From: a virus
DNA: 64,000 nucleotides
Virus record (IMG/VR): IMGVR_UViG_3300009509_000008
Location: 24,032-88,031 of that record
Direction: 5' to 3' (one strand)
Shown: piece by piece, positions 9,057 to 18,549 of the stretch
Position numbering within the stretch: position 1 is the stretch's first letter
How the letters are laid out: every line of letters begins with the position of its first letter
The notes under the pieces: generated by a model
Database searches by the model: none
Told to the model about the DNA's origin: nothing
Seen by the model: the letters and a program-made list of their open reading frames with translations, nothing else
Made by a program: the position numbers and the translations under genes

Positions 9057-10316
9057 TCAGTTGGAGGTGCGCTTGATCACTCGCCGCATGTACTTCCCGG
9101 CGAGCGTCTCGATGTCGTGCTGCCGATCCATGTTGCGTCTGGACGCCATGGCAACCCTGGCGATTGCCTGCATGACCCCGTACGCAGTAGTGACTGGCTC
9201 CTCCTCGAACGCCTTGAGGGTAGCCTCTCGCAGAGCCTTGGACTGGTTGGACATAAAGCCCTCGATCTCGGCCTTTGCCGCATCCACGTCATCGAACTTG
9301 ACGTTGTGCATCTTCTGGCTGTTGGAGATGATCTCCTTCTGCCTCTCGGGAAGCACGTTGTACATGTTCTCGATGATCCGATCGAGCTCCCTGTCGCTGA
9401 CGCCACGGTGCTGACGGTAGAGGAGCTTCTCTTCCTTGACTCCAACGATCACACCGTTGACGCAGACGAATCGAACGAAGTACGGCTCGCCACTCAGAGC
9501 ATAGGATCCGACCTCGGAGTTCCTGATGCGAATCCCGAAGTAGGCGCCGTCGCCCGGCTCGTGCCCGGAGCCCGGAGCTCCAAACGTTCTGCGATCACCA
9601 ATCCTTCCTCCGGCAGGCTGCGCTGTGAGGAGGTCGACGGGCTCTCTGTTCACCAGCATGAAGTGCGAGCCGTTGTCTCGCAAAGACCAGATGGCGAATC
9701 CCTGGTCCTTCAGCTGCTCGGGGTCTGCGACCTGACGGATGCGATCGAACATCCGTGCGTCTCGTATCTCGGAGTAGGTGGGCGATACGAACCCACGGAG
9801 GACTCCGTCGGTAGCGATCTTCTCGATGCCGTTCTTCCCCCTCGGCAGGCCGGACAGGATGTCACTTGCTCCGTGTGAACGAGCAATCACCCTCTTGAGC
9901 GTCGGGGTTGGTAGGAACCGCAGGTGTGTGCGCACCGCCTTCTGTATCTCATCCGGAGGAGTGTGCCCGAAGAACTTCGTCCACCTCACGCCGATCTCAT
10001 TCCCGAGCTGCCTCTGAGCGTGCGGTGTCATCTTCAGATTCCCAAAGCCAGGAACATAGACGACGTCGCCGGCGATGAACCTCAGAGCCCTGAGGTCCAG
10101 GACGTCGTAGCCAAGGTCATCGTTGACGCCGACGGTGAGTCCTCTGTCACTAGCTTTCACCTTCCTTGGCTCGAGTCTCAGGTCCTCCAGTCGCTGGACC
10201 TTCTCCTGTACTTCGTCAAAGCTGTGGAGTTGAAGTTGAGGAACCTCCCAGTTGAGGTTCGATGATTCCGATTGGGCCATCGGAGCGTTTCGATCTACCC
10301 GTAGTTGTCCTGTCAT
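9057..10316 (-). CDS. DUF932-like protein
   Basis: LRGFVSPTY and GIRIRNSEVGSYAL...RFVCVNG resemble DUF932 signature motifs. Confidence 0.7.
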   Translation of the reverse strand: MTGQLRVDRNAPMAQSESSNLNWEVPQLQLHSFDEVQEKVQRLEDLRLEPRKVKASDRGLTVGVNDDLGYDVLDLRALRFIAGDVVYVPGFGNLKMTPHAQRQLGNEIGVRWTKFFGHTPPDEIQKAVRTHLRFLPTPTLKRVIARSHGASDILSGLPRGKNGIEKIATDGVLRGFVSPTYSEIRDARMFDRIRQVADPEQLKDQGFAIWSLRDNGSHFMLVNREPVDLLTAQPAGGRIGDRRTFGAPGSGHEPGDGAYFGIRIRNSEVGSYALSGEPYFVRFVCVNGVIVGVKEEKLLYRQHRGVSDRELDRIIENMYNVLPERQKEIISNSQKMHNVKFDDVDAAKAEIEGFMSNQSKALREATLKAFEEEPVTTAYGVMQAIARVAMASRRNMDRQHDIETLAGKYMRRVIKRTSN

Positions 10317-10566
10317 TTTCAGTCACCTCGAAGTATACCGTGAGAAGATGCTCCTCCACACGGTCACGAAGCTCAGTGACGAGCTTCAAAACATCCTGAG
10401 GCCATGGGCCCTTGTACAATGATCGTGCAAGTGACCCAGGCCCCGACCCGTGATCCAGCAACCCAACGGTTGCAGCGAGCGCCAGCTCTTCAGCGACGCC
10501 CGGTTCAATCTCTATCCTTACCGCATTCACGGCGTTTATCTTGCTCTGAGCCTCTGTCTTCTTCAT
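10216..10566 (-). CDS. hypothetical protein
   Basis: RBS GAGG; operon position. Confidence 0.6.
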   Translation of the reverse strand: MKKTEAQSKINAVNAVRIEIEPGVAEELALAATVGLLDHGSGPGSLARSLYKGPWPQDVLKLVTELRDRVEEHLLTVYFEVTENDRTTTGRSKRSDGPIGIIEPQLGGSSTSTPQL

Positions 10567-10567
10567 C

Positions 10568-10921
10568 TCAATCCCTCTCCTCTTCAGCGATGATCTCCGC
10601 CACCTCCTCGAGGATGGCAGCGCTCTCCGCCATATCTACCTTCATGAACTTGCGTACCAGCTGTCGGCACGCTTTGTTGGCCACTGCTGCCGTTCTCGGA
10701 TCCTGGTTGCAGCACAGCTCGACGTAGGTCGTGTCGCTCACCTTGAAGCGGCCAAATGGGAGAGCCTTGGCGACGGTTTTCGACTTGGCGATCTTCATGA
10801 GCACCTTGCCGTCATCTGCGATCTTGTCGATCTCAACCGTGTAGTCACGGTCTTTTCGCTTAGGCTTCCGATTCTTTCTTTCGGTCTCCTTCGTTGTGCG
10901 GACCTTTGCTTTTGCCATCAT
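10568..10921 (-). CDS. hypothetical protein
   Basis: Start overlaps upstream stop. Confidence 0.6.
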   Translation of the reverse strand: MMAKAKVRTTKETERKNRKPKRKDRDYTVEIDKIADDGKVLMKIAKSKTVAKALPFGRFKVSDTTYVELCCNQDPRTAAVANKACRQLVRKFMKVDMAESAAILEEVAEIIAEEERD

Positions 10922-11352
10922 CCCACCACGATGTCAGGCGGAGCGTGGAGAACCCGATTCGAGGTTTTGATCTCCAACACCGCCTTCGCTGCCTCGTCCG
11001 GCTGGATCTCACCAGCCTGGACAAGATGATCGAAGTTGTCGGTGTTCACCTTGAACTGAACCTCCACCAGGGCTTGTTGGATATCCCGCCGGTCTTTGAA
11101 GTGGTCGTACAAGAACCGGCCATCGAATACTCGACGACGTTGGATAGACACCTCAAGTGGGCCGGCGCCGAGACCTGTCTCACGACAGATCATCTTCAGC
11201 TTCTGCATGCGCACATTCACATCGTTGGCCAGCACGGAGTACTGCTCGATGATGTCCTCGTACTCTTCGATGAACTCGTCGAGTGCAGCTCGAGCTCTCT
11301 TCCACTCTCGCAGCACCCTGTCTACCCTCTTGTTCTCTGTCGACTTCGCCAT
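10918..11352 (-). CDS. hypothetical coiled-coil protein
   Basis: RBS GAGGTG before ATG 11352 (MAKSTE). Confidence 0.6.
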   Translation of the reverse strand: MAKSTENKRVDRVLREWKRARAALDEFIEEYEDIIEQYSVLANDVNVRMQKLKMICRETGLGAGPLEVSIQRRRVFDGRFLYDHFKDRRDIQQALVEVQFKVNTDNFDHLVQAGEIQPDEAAKAVLEIKTSNRVLHAPPDIVVG

Positions 11353-11356
11353 TTCT

Positions 11357-12040
11357 TCACCTCTCGTAGCACTTGCGTGCCATCTTGAGCAGCCTCGACG
11401 CAAACACAAAGTCCCGCACTAGATACCACTTGGGGCCGTATTTGGCGTCAGATGGGTTTCTCAGTATGAACGCCGGGTGCTGGCTCACAACTACCGGATA
11501 CTGCACCATCTTGTAGATGCCGGGTATCCGGATCATCAGGACCTCTCCACGGGTTTTCCCAATTGTCAGAGAGGAGTCACCAGTCAGTGTGTGAATGACA
11601 GACCTGCCCATGGCGACGATGAGATACGGATCAACATCCAATATCGTTTTGTACAGTCTGGGCAGGCACCTAGCGACTTCTGCTTTTGTGGGAGGACGAA
11701 TAGTCTTACGGCCGTCAACCATATGCAGCGGCCTGCATGGGACCAGGTTGTCGGCGAAGACATCCTCCCTCGTCATGTTGTTGACGATGAGTAGCTGGTT
11801 TAGTAGGCCTCCAGAATCTCCTATGAATGGGACACCCTCGAGGTCCTCCTCGTTCCCTGGGCCCTCTCCTATGATGATCATTCGTGCGTTTGGGTGCCCA
11901 CTCCCGTGCACGACTTGGCTTCGACTCTCCACCAGATCCTCGCAGAGCTCACAGTCGTCCCACATGTCAGCGAGGTCTAGCTCAAAGAGCTTCATGGTAC
12001 GGGAGAACTCGGGGAACTTTACGCTGATGGGTCTCATCAA
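11357..12040 (-). CDS. udg: uracil-DNA glycosylase, family 4-like
   Basis: CELC, IIGEGPGNEED..GVPFIGDSG..L, CRP, QHPAFILR. Confidence 0.92.
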   Translation of the reverse strand: MMRPISVKFPEFSRTMKLFELDLADMWDDCELCEDLVESRSQVVHGSGHPNARMIIIGEGPGNEEDLEGVPFIGDSGGLLNQLLIVNNMTREDVFADNLVPCRPLHMVDGRKTIRPPTKAEVARCLPRLYKTILDVDPYLIVAMGRSVIHTLTGDSSLTIGKTRGEVLMIRIPGIYKMVQYPVVVSQHPAFILRNPSDAKYGPKWYLVRDFVFASRLLKMARKCYER

Positions 12041-12591
12041 ACGATGATCTTGCGTCTGCCTGGGCCTGGAGATGCTGGTGGATTACCTTTTGCGATCCGT
12101 TCCAGCTCAGCCATAGCTCCTGGGCCGGCGGGCATGACACGACGAGGTTCGGAGTGGGCGGGCCTGATGTCGTCTGGGTTCTCCACCATCACCTTCAGCA
12201 TCGTGCACAGGTCAAGATACATCAGCGCTGTGGCTCTGGCGCTCGGCTCGTCCAAATCCCGAACCCGATATCCTCCTTGTGGGTACTTCAGCCCCCATAC
12301 GGGAATCGGAAGCTGGCAGTAGTCGATCGACGACATCGATGGAGCCTTCACGAACGTACCATTTGGGTTTCGTCCGAGAACATCGGTGTCGAGCCTCACA
12401 ACATTCAGAAGCTCATCGACCTCGAATAGGCTGGTGTCGAGAGCCATGTTGCGCACGAGTCCGATGATCCGCAAGTCACCCATTTGATAGACGTGCAGGC
12501 GTCGAATGGCGTCGGTGACCACCTCATCTGGGTATCGAGCTTCGATGGCCGACTCTTCTTTCTCTGCTGGCTGTTCTGTTTGATCCGTCAT
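12037..12591 (-). CDS. hypothetical protein
   Basis: ATGA overlaps on both sides. Confidence 0.65.
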   Translation of the reverse strand: MTDQTEQPAEKEESAIEARYPDEVVTDAIRRLHVYQMGDLRIIGLVRNMALDTSLFEVDELLNVVRLDTDVLGRNPNGTFVKAPSMSSIDYCQLPIPVWGLKYPQGGYRVRDLDEPSARATALMYLDLCTMLKVMVENPDDIRPAHSEPRRVMPAGPGAMAELERIAKGNPPASPGPGRRKIIV

Positions 12592-13994
12592 TTCACCTTC
12601 ACCTCAAACCCGCACCGCTTGAAGTACTGCATCAGCTTGAACCCCATGCGGCGCATTGGCGGAATGTTGACGTGGAAGAGAACGATGACCTTCGCCTTCT
12701 TCTCACGATCAAGTAACAAACGTTGGATGCGACCCGTCGACTGCTGAGCGTTCTTGGGTGATTTGAACTCTGTTAGAATGATCAGCGAGTCGAGAGTCTT
12801 CTTGTTTAGCGCCTCGGCGAGCATGTCCACCGTACCGAACGTTATGTTGTGGTCTGCGAGCATACTCAGCCTGTCGTCTTCCGCTACTCCAGCATGAAGA
12901 ACGCCAGAGTTTGGTATCCGTTCATGGAGCTCCTGCACGTGGTCTTTGGATAGGCTGATAGCGACCATGTCTCTGCCACGCTTCAGCCCATCATCGACCA
13001 GCTCCTTGGCGATTTCCAGTTCCCTCTCCCGCAGGCCTACGTACCGTGCAATCTTCCGGTGGTGAACTTGCCCATTCACGTCGACGACATCCTCGTGATT
13101 CAGATCAATGACGGTTCCAACTTTCTTGAACAGCACTGTTGGAATTATGTCCTGCTCGAGGTTTGTGTGGACCTCCCGACCCACGTGCCAGTAGTACACG
13201 AACTCCATGCCGTCTTCACGCTCGGTCGTCGCCGACGCTCCGTACCGGTTGCCAGGAAACAAGTGTGCTGTGAGGCTAAACAACCTGGCGCTGAGGTGGT
13301 GGACCTCATCCCAGATGATACGACCAAACCACAGGAGCATCTCCGGTGGAACTTGATCGTGATACATCGCTAAGGTCTTGAGGCTCGCTATGACCAGAGG
13401 CTTCTTCCAGTCCCATGTGGATGGGTTACCCTGGATCTTGCCTATTCGATCTGGGTCGATATTGAACAGCTCTGGATCTGTGGCGGCCTCTACCCACTGC
13501 TTCATCAAGCCCTTTGTGTTGCAGATGATGAGAGTGGGTTCACCCCACTTTGCTATGGCGTGGAGACAGATGACTGTCTTGCCCTTTCCGCACGCCATAT
13601 TCAGGATGCCGTTGTCGGCGCAGGAGAAATCCTCGAAGGCCTCCTGCTGCTCGGTACGATCCGGCATCTGCTTGTCCATCACGATGTTGTTGTGACTGAA
13701 GTCGACCTTCGGGAAGCTCTTCGGACGTAGGTCGACGACCTCATAGTCCAGCTTCTCCGGATCCAATCGAGCTCTAGGAATGCCGATGTGGTGCTTTGAG
13801 TCACGCCACAGTCTGAGATATTCAATGTCGTTGCCAACGACGATCGGAATAGACAACCCTCTCCGGATGATGTCCTGATTCACCCTCTCTTTTGGAAGCC
13901 ACAGCCAGGTGTCCAGGTACCCCTTGTCGGGGTCCCTCTTGATCAGCGAGTAAGACATCATGCTGAAAGTACCATCATAGATCGTCAAGATCAA
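12588..13994 (-). CDS. SF2 DEXH helicase (UvsW/XPB-like)
   Basis: MACGKGKT, WDEVHH, SAT, QSTGRIQR. Confidence 0.9.
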   Translation of the reverse strand: MILTIYDGTFSMMSYSLIKRDPDKGYLDTWLWLPKERVNQDIIRRGLSIPIVVGNDIEYLRLWRDSKHHIGIPRARLDPEKLDYEVVDLRPKSFPKVDFSHNNIVMDKQMPDRTEQQEAFEDFSCADNGILNMACGKGKTVICLHAIAKWGEPTLIICNTKGLMKQWVEAATDPELFNIDPDRIGKIQGNPSTWDWKKPLVIASLKTLAMYHDQVPPEMLLWFGRIIWDEVHHLSARLFSLTAHLFPGNRYGASATTEREDGMEFVYYWHVGREVHTNLEQDIIPTVLFKKVGTVIDLNHEDVVDVNGQVHHRKIARYVGLRERELEIAKELVDDGLKRGRDMVAISLSKDHVQELHERIPNSGVLHAGVAEDDRLSMLADHNITFGTVDMLAEALNKKTLDSLIILTEFKSPKNAQQSTGRIQRLLLDREKKAKVIVLFHVNIPPMRRMGFKLMQYFKRCGFEVKVK

Positions 13995-14475
13995 AGTCGA
14001 ATTCGTCGTCCTCGTCGAGATCTCGAACTCCGATCTTCTTGGCGACCCTCTGCTTCTTCGGCTTCGGAGGTGTGTTCACACTCTCCTTTGCTGGTTCAGC
14101 AAGGGGCTCAGGCTTCGGCTCTGGTAGAGCAACGGGCTCGGCCGGCTTGAACGGCCAACGCCACTCCTGGAAGAACGCATAGATCTCACCGCCAATCGCA
14201 GACAGCGCTCCAGCAATGATATTCTTCAGGATTCTGTGGAAGGCGCTCTCACCGTCGTCCGGCAGCAGGTACTTCATGTTGGTGTGGTAAGAATACACAC
14301 CTCTGTTGGCACTGGTTGGGGCGGACGAGCTCTTGGCCGACCTCCTCTTTTCGATCATCAGCTTCTTCCGCTTTAGCGTTCTGTCCCGACAAGAGAACTC
14401 GTCGGGGCATTCGTCACAGACTGGATCGCCCTTCTCCCACCCAGTCCCGTATTCATCGCAGCCTCGACTACCCAT
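13975..14475 (-). CDS. hypothetical protein with N-terminal Cys cluster
   Basis: RBS AAGGAGG; C..CxxC..C; first gene of the leftward operon. Confidence 0.7.
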   Translation of the reverse strand: MGSRGCDEYGTGWEKGDPVCDECPDEFSCRDRTLKRKKLMIEKRRSAKSSSAPTSANRGVYSYHTNMKYLLPDDGESAFHRILKNIIAGALSAIGGEIYAFFQEWRWPFKPAEPVALPEPKPEPLAEPAKESVNTPPKPKKQRVAKKIGVRDLDEDDEFDFDLDDL

Positions 14476-14510
14476 AGAAATTCGACCTCCTTAGGTAACA
14501 GATGATCTCT

Positions 14511-14525
14511 CAGAAGCCTTATAGC
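14511..14525 (-). promoter_or_regulatory. putative phage promoter (ATAAG class)
   Basis: GCTATAAGGCTTCTG on minus strand; motif shared with six other intergenic sites. Confidence 0.6.
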
Positions 14526-14541
14526 GATACCCCTAGGTGCT

Positions 14542-14569
14542 TTGCCGATAGGTCCCAGAATGGTAGACT
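14542..14569 (+). promoter_or_regulatory. sigma70-like extended -10 promoter
   Basis: TTGCCG-N16-TAGACT with TG at the extended position. Confidence 0.45.
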
Positions 14570-14614
14570 TGGAGCGTATAGGGTGGTACTACCTGAAAGA
14601 ACAGTGGAGGAACG

Positions 14615-15820
14615 ATGATCGGATCACCAGGAGTGGTCGTTGACCCCTACGATGATGACTTCAAGTCTCTCAAGGACATGTTCAGCGGCCAGGAGATGCC
14701 TGAGTTCATAAAAGAAGCTGCGATCATGGATACCACAGACCTGCAGCTCCTTCCAGATCATGCGTTTGCGGTTGTTGTGCTCGGGCAGGGGGAGCCGATG
14801 CGCAAGTATGCCTGTACGGATAAGGCGCACACGGCCGTGAACGTGATGTATCTGCTCAGAAACGAGGATCGAATTCCTCATTCTGTGAAGATCAAGGCAG
14901 CAGCGAACCTCCTCAGAGCCTGCCATCACTATGGCCTAGAACCCGTTCCACAACTCATCAAGATGGCGCAAGGCGGAAAGCTCTTGATCAAAGGAGACGG
15001 AGCTGAGATTATCGTTCCGGGCGGCGATGGGGAGAAGACCTCAGAGGTCGTTGGCACCAGAACGATGCCCGTCACGAAGCCGGGGAAGAGGGTGAAGATC
15101 GCCAGCCTCATGGAGTCTCCCTACGTAGAGGTGGATTACATGGAGGAGAAGACAAAGACGGCCTCATACGACCCGAGCACGTCTGTCCTGAATGGCCAGC
15201 TCTCCCTCCTCCCATACGACAATGTGATCAAGGCTCGTGACTACTTCGAGGAGAACGGCATGTATATGCACCCTCGAGAGCGTCACGAGTACTGCATCAA
15301 GCTCGCTGCTCGAGCAGACCAGCTCGGAATCCCAATCTCCGAGACGGTCAGGAAGTATGGATCCACAACCTTCGCTCCACGTGGGTCGATCAAGGTGGCC
15401 TTCGAGCGCCGGTCTCAGCTGTGGAGTACTCTGGACGACCGAGTTGGGGACAGCCTCGCTGGAGACCTTCTCGAGAAGAGAGCGTCGATGGACCCAGAAC
15501 TCTTCGCCGAGACACTCGCCGAGCTCGACGCCCAGACTGGCATCGACCAGTATTGGGGCAACGAGATTCCAGATCCCTGGCTATCGGTGTTTGGACGAGA
15601 GAAGACAGCGTCCTGGAAGTGGGAGCAGTCGGGAGAGTACCTCACAGAGGATGCACTCAGACGCTTCGCTGCCGAGGGCGAAGACGAGATGCGTGAGAAG
15701 TTCGGGGAGGAGATGGCCAAGGGCTTTGCCAAGAACCCAACGACCATCTTTGACTCACTACCATTGGAACAGAAGCGAGTCATTGCTAGAATGGCCCAAC
15801 AGCAAGATTCAGGTCTGTGA
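14615..15820 (+). CDS. putative head/internal protein with repeated KxA motifs
   Basis: RBS GGAGG; IKEAA, IKMAQ, EKTSE, VKIAS, TKTAS, EKRAS, EKTAS. Confidence 0.65.
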   Translation: MIGSPGVVVDPYDDDFKSLKDMFSGQEMPEFIKEAAIMDTTDLQLLPDHAFAVVVLGQGEPMRKYACTDKAHTAVNVMYLLRNEDRIPHSVKIKAAANLLRACHHYGLEPVPQLIKMAQGGKLLIKGDGAEIIVPGGDGEKTSEVVGTRTMPVTKPGKRVKIASLMESPYVEVDYMEEKTKTASYDPSTSVLNGQLSLLPYDNVIKARDYFEENGMYMHPRERHEYCIKLAARADQLGIPISETVRKYGSTTFAPRGSIKVAFERRSQLWSTLDDRVGDSLAGDLLEKRASMDPELFAETLAELDAQTGIDQYWGNEIPDPWLSVFGREKTASWKWEQSGEYLTEDALRRFAAEGEDEMREKFGEEMAKGFAKNPTTIFDSLPLEQKRVIARMAQQQDSGL

Positions 15821-15843
15821 TCTGACCTGGGAGGAGACAGACA

Positions 15844-16581
15844 ATGAGTAAGAGCATGGGAGACCAGGGTCCGAGGATCGCTCACCTGGTCCACGCAGGA
15901 AAGGGCGGTCTCGCTGGAGAGATCGCTGACCTTCGCAGCGACACCGACAGGGCGATGGCCCTCTTGGAGGCAAGGGACGCCAGTCTCGACTTCCCCGAAC
16001 TCGATTACATCGACGGTGCGGGGCCGGCAGCTGCCGGAGGTGACATGGTCGTAGTGGGAAGAAATCTCCTCGATGGCCAGACCTTCGCCAGCCTGACGCT
16101 GGGAGCATCTCTCGACATCATCATGCGTGTGCCGGGTGAGGCCGGGAACGATGTCATCGTCGAGGTTGTCGATACCGGAGGCGCCGGTCCGGCCACCTAC
16201 GTGTGGACTCCGGCCACCAAGACGCTCACCATCGACCTCGTAGGGACGACCCCGGACGAGGACACCATCGCCACGGCCATCAACGACGCCGGCGTGGGAG
16301 CCCCCGTGCGAGCCAATTCGGGCGGCGGGGCAGCCTTCGGAACGGTGGCGGCACAGAATCTGTCCGGCGGCACAGGCTTGGGTTGGAGCTGCACGGTTGG
16401 TGGGTTCGACGCTCCGATCAAGTTCGACACTGGTGCGGCAACTTCCAACGCCAACCTCACCGAGACTCAGGCCACGGTGACGGTGCCGGCGTTGGCCCCG
16501 ATTGTGGCAACGGACAAGGCCCACGTCTATGCAACGGTCAACGGTGTGAGGGCTGAGCTCGGAGCAGTCGCAGTCGAGTAG
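15844..16581 (+). CDS. putative virion structural protein
   Basis: RBS GGAGG; acidic, G/A/T/V-rich beta-type composition like the sheath protein. Confidence 0.55.
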   Translation: MSKSMGDQGPRIAHLVHAGKGGLAGEIADLRSDTDRAMALLEARDASLDFPELDYIDGAGPAAAGGDMVVVGRNLLDGQTFASLTLGASLDIIMRVPGEAGNDVIVEVVDTGGAGPATYVWTPATKTLTIDLVGTTPDEDTIATAINDAGVGAPVRANSGGGAAFGTVAAQNLSGGTGLGWSCTVGGFDAPIKFDTGAATSNANLTETQATVTVPALAPIVATDKAHVYATVNGVRAELGAVAVE

Positions 16582-16589
16582 GAGTCCTA

Positions 16590-17570
16590 GTGCCTGACCT
16601 TCCGTACTACGAGGAGGAGCTCCGGAAGCTCCTCGGTGGGGTGCGCTCGAGTGAGGACGTAGAGTCCAAGGGTACGGAACCGGCCAAGCCCTACGTCGAA
16701 CAGCACGACGTCTCACTCGAGCTAGACGGACGTCCAAACCGCACGCCGGATGAGGACGAGCCGGACCTGTCTACTACGGACGAGGACCTCGAGGACGAGG
16801 AAACCCAAGAGGATGGGACGGAGTCTGGTGGAACACCAGTCCGAAAGCGGAATGTGTTCACACACCATGACTCCCATCCTCTCCTCTTGGATATGATCCT
16901 GCTCCGCAAGTACGGCCCCATCTGGCTTACGTGGGAGTCTGAAACGATCTGGGACATGATCGCAAAGGACTTCAAGCAGAACGTCAGCGCAAGCAACTCG
17001 AGCAAGATCCAGGCAGTCAAGACCTGCCATCTTGTAGAAACCCCATGGAAGGCGTGGGAAGCATTCAACCCAGTTTGTCAGTCCCTGAACAACAACATCC
17101 CCGATTTCAGATCGCTCCAGAAGCCAACGCCTGCTCAGGCGGTTCTGACAGTGCATCTCATGAACGTGATCAAGAAGGAGGAGTTCTCTCTCGAGGTCTC
17201 GAAGTACATCGCTGCGTGCTTCCTCGACGAGTCGATCTACTTCCTCCCACCACCAGTCGACTTCGCACAGAAGGAGGCGATGAGACTGCGATATCGTTGC
17301 CGAAAGTGCAATCGGATAGACGTCGACGAAGACAATGCGCTGTGTGACAGCTGCGGAGCTCCGCAGAGCCAGCTGGTGAAAGAACCAACTTGGGATCCTG
17401 AACCGGTCAAGAAGCGCTATAATGAGATCATAAAGCAGGGCGTGGATCATGATATCCTTCAGGAGACCGTGGTCGATGTCCAGGTAGCGCATCTTTTGGT
17501 GGCCAGGAACTATGTTGAGTTCCGAGACGGACAGCTCAAAGAGCAGGCAAAGGCGGTGGACCGTGGATGA
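16590..17570 (+). CDS. hypothetical protein with Zn ribbon
   Basis: RBS AGGAG; acidic N-terminus; CRKC...CDSC. Confidence 0.7.
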   Translation: MPDLPYYEEELRKLLGGVRSSEDVESKGTEPAKPYVEQHDVSLELDGRPNRTPDEDEPDLSTTDEDLEDEETQEDGTESGGTPVRKRNVFTHHDSHPLLLDMILLRKYGPIWLTWESETIWDMIAKDFKQNVSASNSSKIQAVKTCHLVETPWKAWEAFNPVCQSLNNNIPDFRSLQKPTPAQAVLTVHLMNVIKKEEFSLEVSKYIAACFLDESIYFLPPPVDFAQKEAMRLRYRCRKCNRIDVDEDNALCDSCGAPQSQLVKEPTWDPEPVKKRYNEIIKQGVDHDILQETVVDVQVAHLLVARNYVEFRDGQLKEQAKAVDRG

Positions 17571-18549
17571 GCACTCACTTGATTACGCCTTCGTAGATTC
17601 CCAAGTAGGAGAGTTCGAGAAGCTGGCTCTCCTGAACCCGATGAAGTGGAGCCAGGCCGGGAAGGGCCGTGCTATTGGCGCCCTCGCTACTGGATTGCTT
17701 GGTGCAGGAGCCGGCGCCGCAACAGCTCCTGAGGGAGAGCGAAGTCGTGGAGCTCTTCGTGGGGCGTTGGCTGGCGCCGCTCTCGGTACGGGAGCTGGTC
17801 AGCTTGCTACTGGTCAGGGACGACGGCAGGTTGGACGCTTCCTTCAACGCCAGGCTCACGGGCTGACGGGGTACATGCCTGGGGCTTATCAGAAAGAGAA
17901 AGGAATCCTGAGCGCATTTGGAAAAGGACTTGATCCGAACAAGCGACTCGATATCCTACGTAAGATGCGCTTCTCTGAGGTTCCAGAAGCAAAGAAAGTT
18001 GACGTCATCCGGTCGGCAGCCGAGGCCCTCGAGAAGGGGGACGTCCTCCAATCTGGTTTGGGCCAGGCTGCTTTGACTAAGCAAAAGGGCGGACTCATAA
18101 GTGGTCTGCTGCCTGAGAGTGTCCAGAAGCAGCTCGCTGGTCTCAGTGCTCGCCGAGACATAGCGAAGCTCGAGCAGGCCGAGAAAGGCCTCACGGCCGC
18201 CCCACAGTTTCTCCGACAGATGGTTCTTGATCCAAGGCGCACGGCAACAACTGGAGTACTCGCCGCAGGAGGCCTAGGCACTGGGTTGACTGTTGGCATG
18301 GCTGCGCCTCAGATGTATCAGGCGGCGAAGAACAAAGACCCCGAGGAGCTTGGTGCTAGCTTGGCAGAGACCGGACTGTACGCCATGTCTGGTGGGCTTC
18401 CCATGCTGGGATCCATGGCCCTCGGATCAGCAGCCCGCCGTATGGGCGGAGCTCCAGGATCGTTCTACAAGAAGATGCTTGCGAAGCGAGGAAAGCCCTC
18501 AGCAGAGCATGAGTATGAGCGTGTTGGTGCTGGAAGGTTGGTGGGCTGA
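17563..18549 (+). CDS. glycine-zipper protein with EFEKLA leader
   Basis: GTG 17563 overlaps upstream stop; AFVDSQVGEFEKLA then GxxxG-rich hydrophobic segments. Confidence 0.65.
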   Translation: MDEHSLDYAFVDSQVGEFEKLALLNPMKWSQAGKGRAIGALATGLLGAGAGAATAPEGERSRGALRGALAGAALGTGAGQLATGQGRRQVGRFLQRQAHGLTGYMPGAYQKEKGILSAFGKGLDPNKRLDILRKMRFSEVPEAKKVDVIRSAAEALEKGDVLQSGLGQAALTKQKGGLISGLLPESVQKQLAGLSARRDIAKLEQAEKGLTAAPQFLRQMVLDPRRTATTGVLAAGGLGTGLTVGMAAPQMYQAAKNKDPEELGASLAETGLYAMSGGLPMLGSMALGSAARRMGGAPGSFYKKMLAKRGKPSAEHEYERVGAGRLVG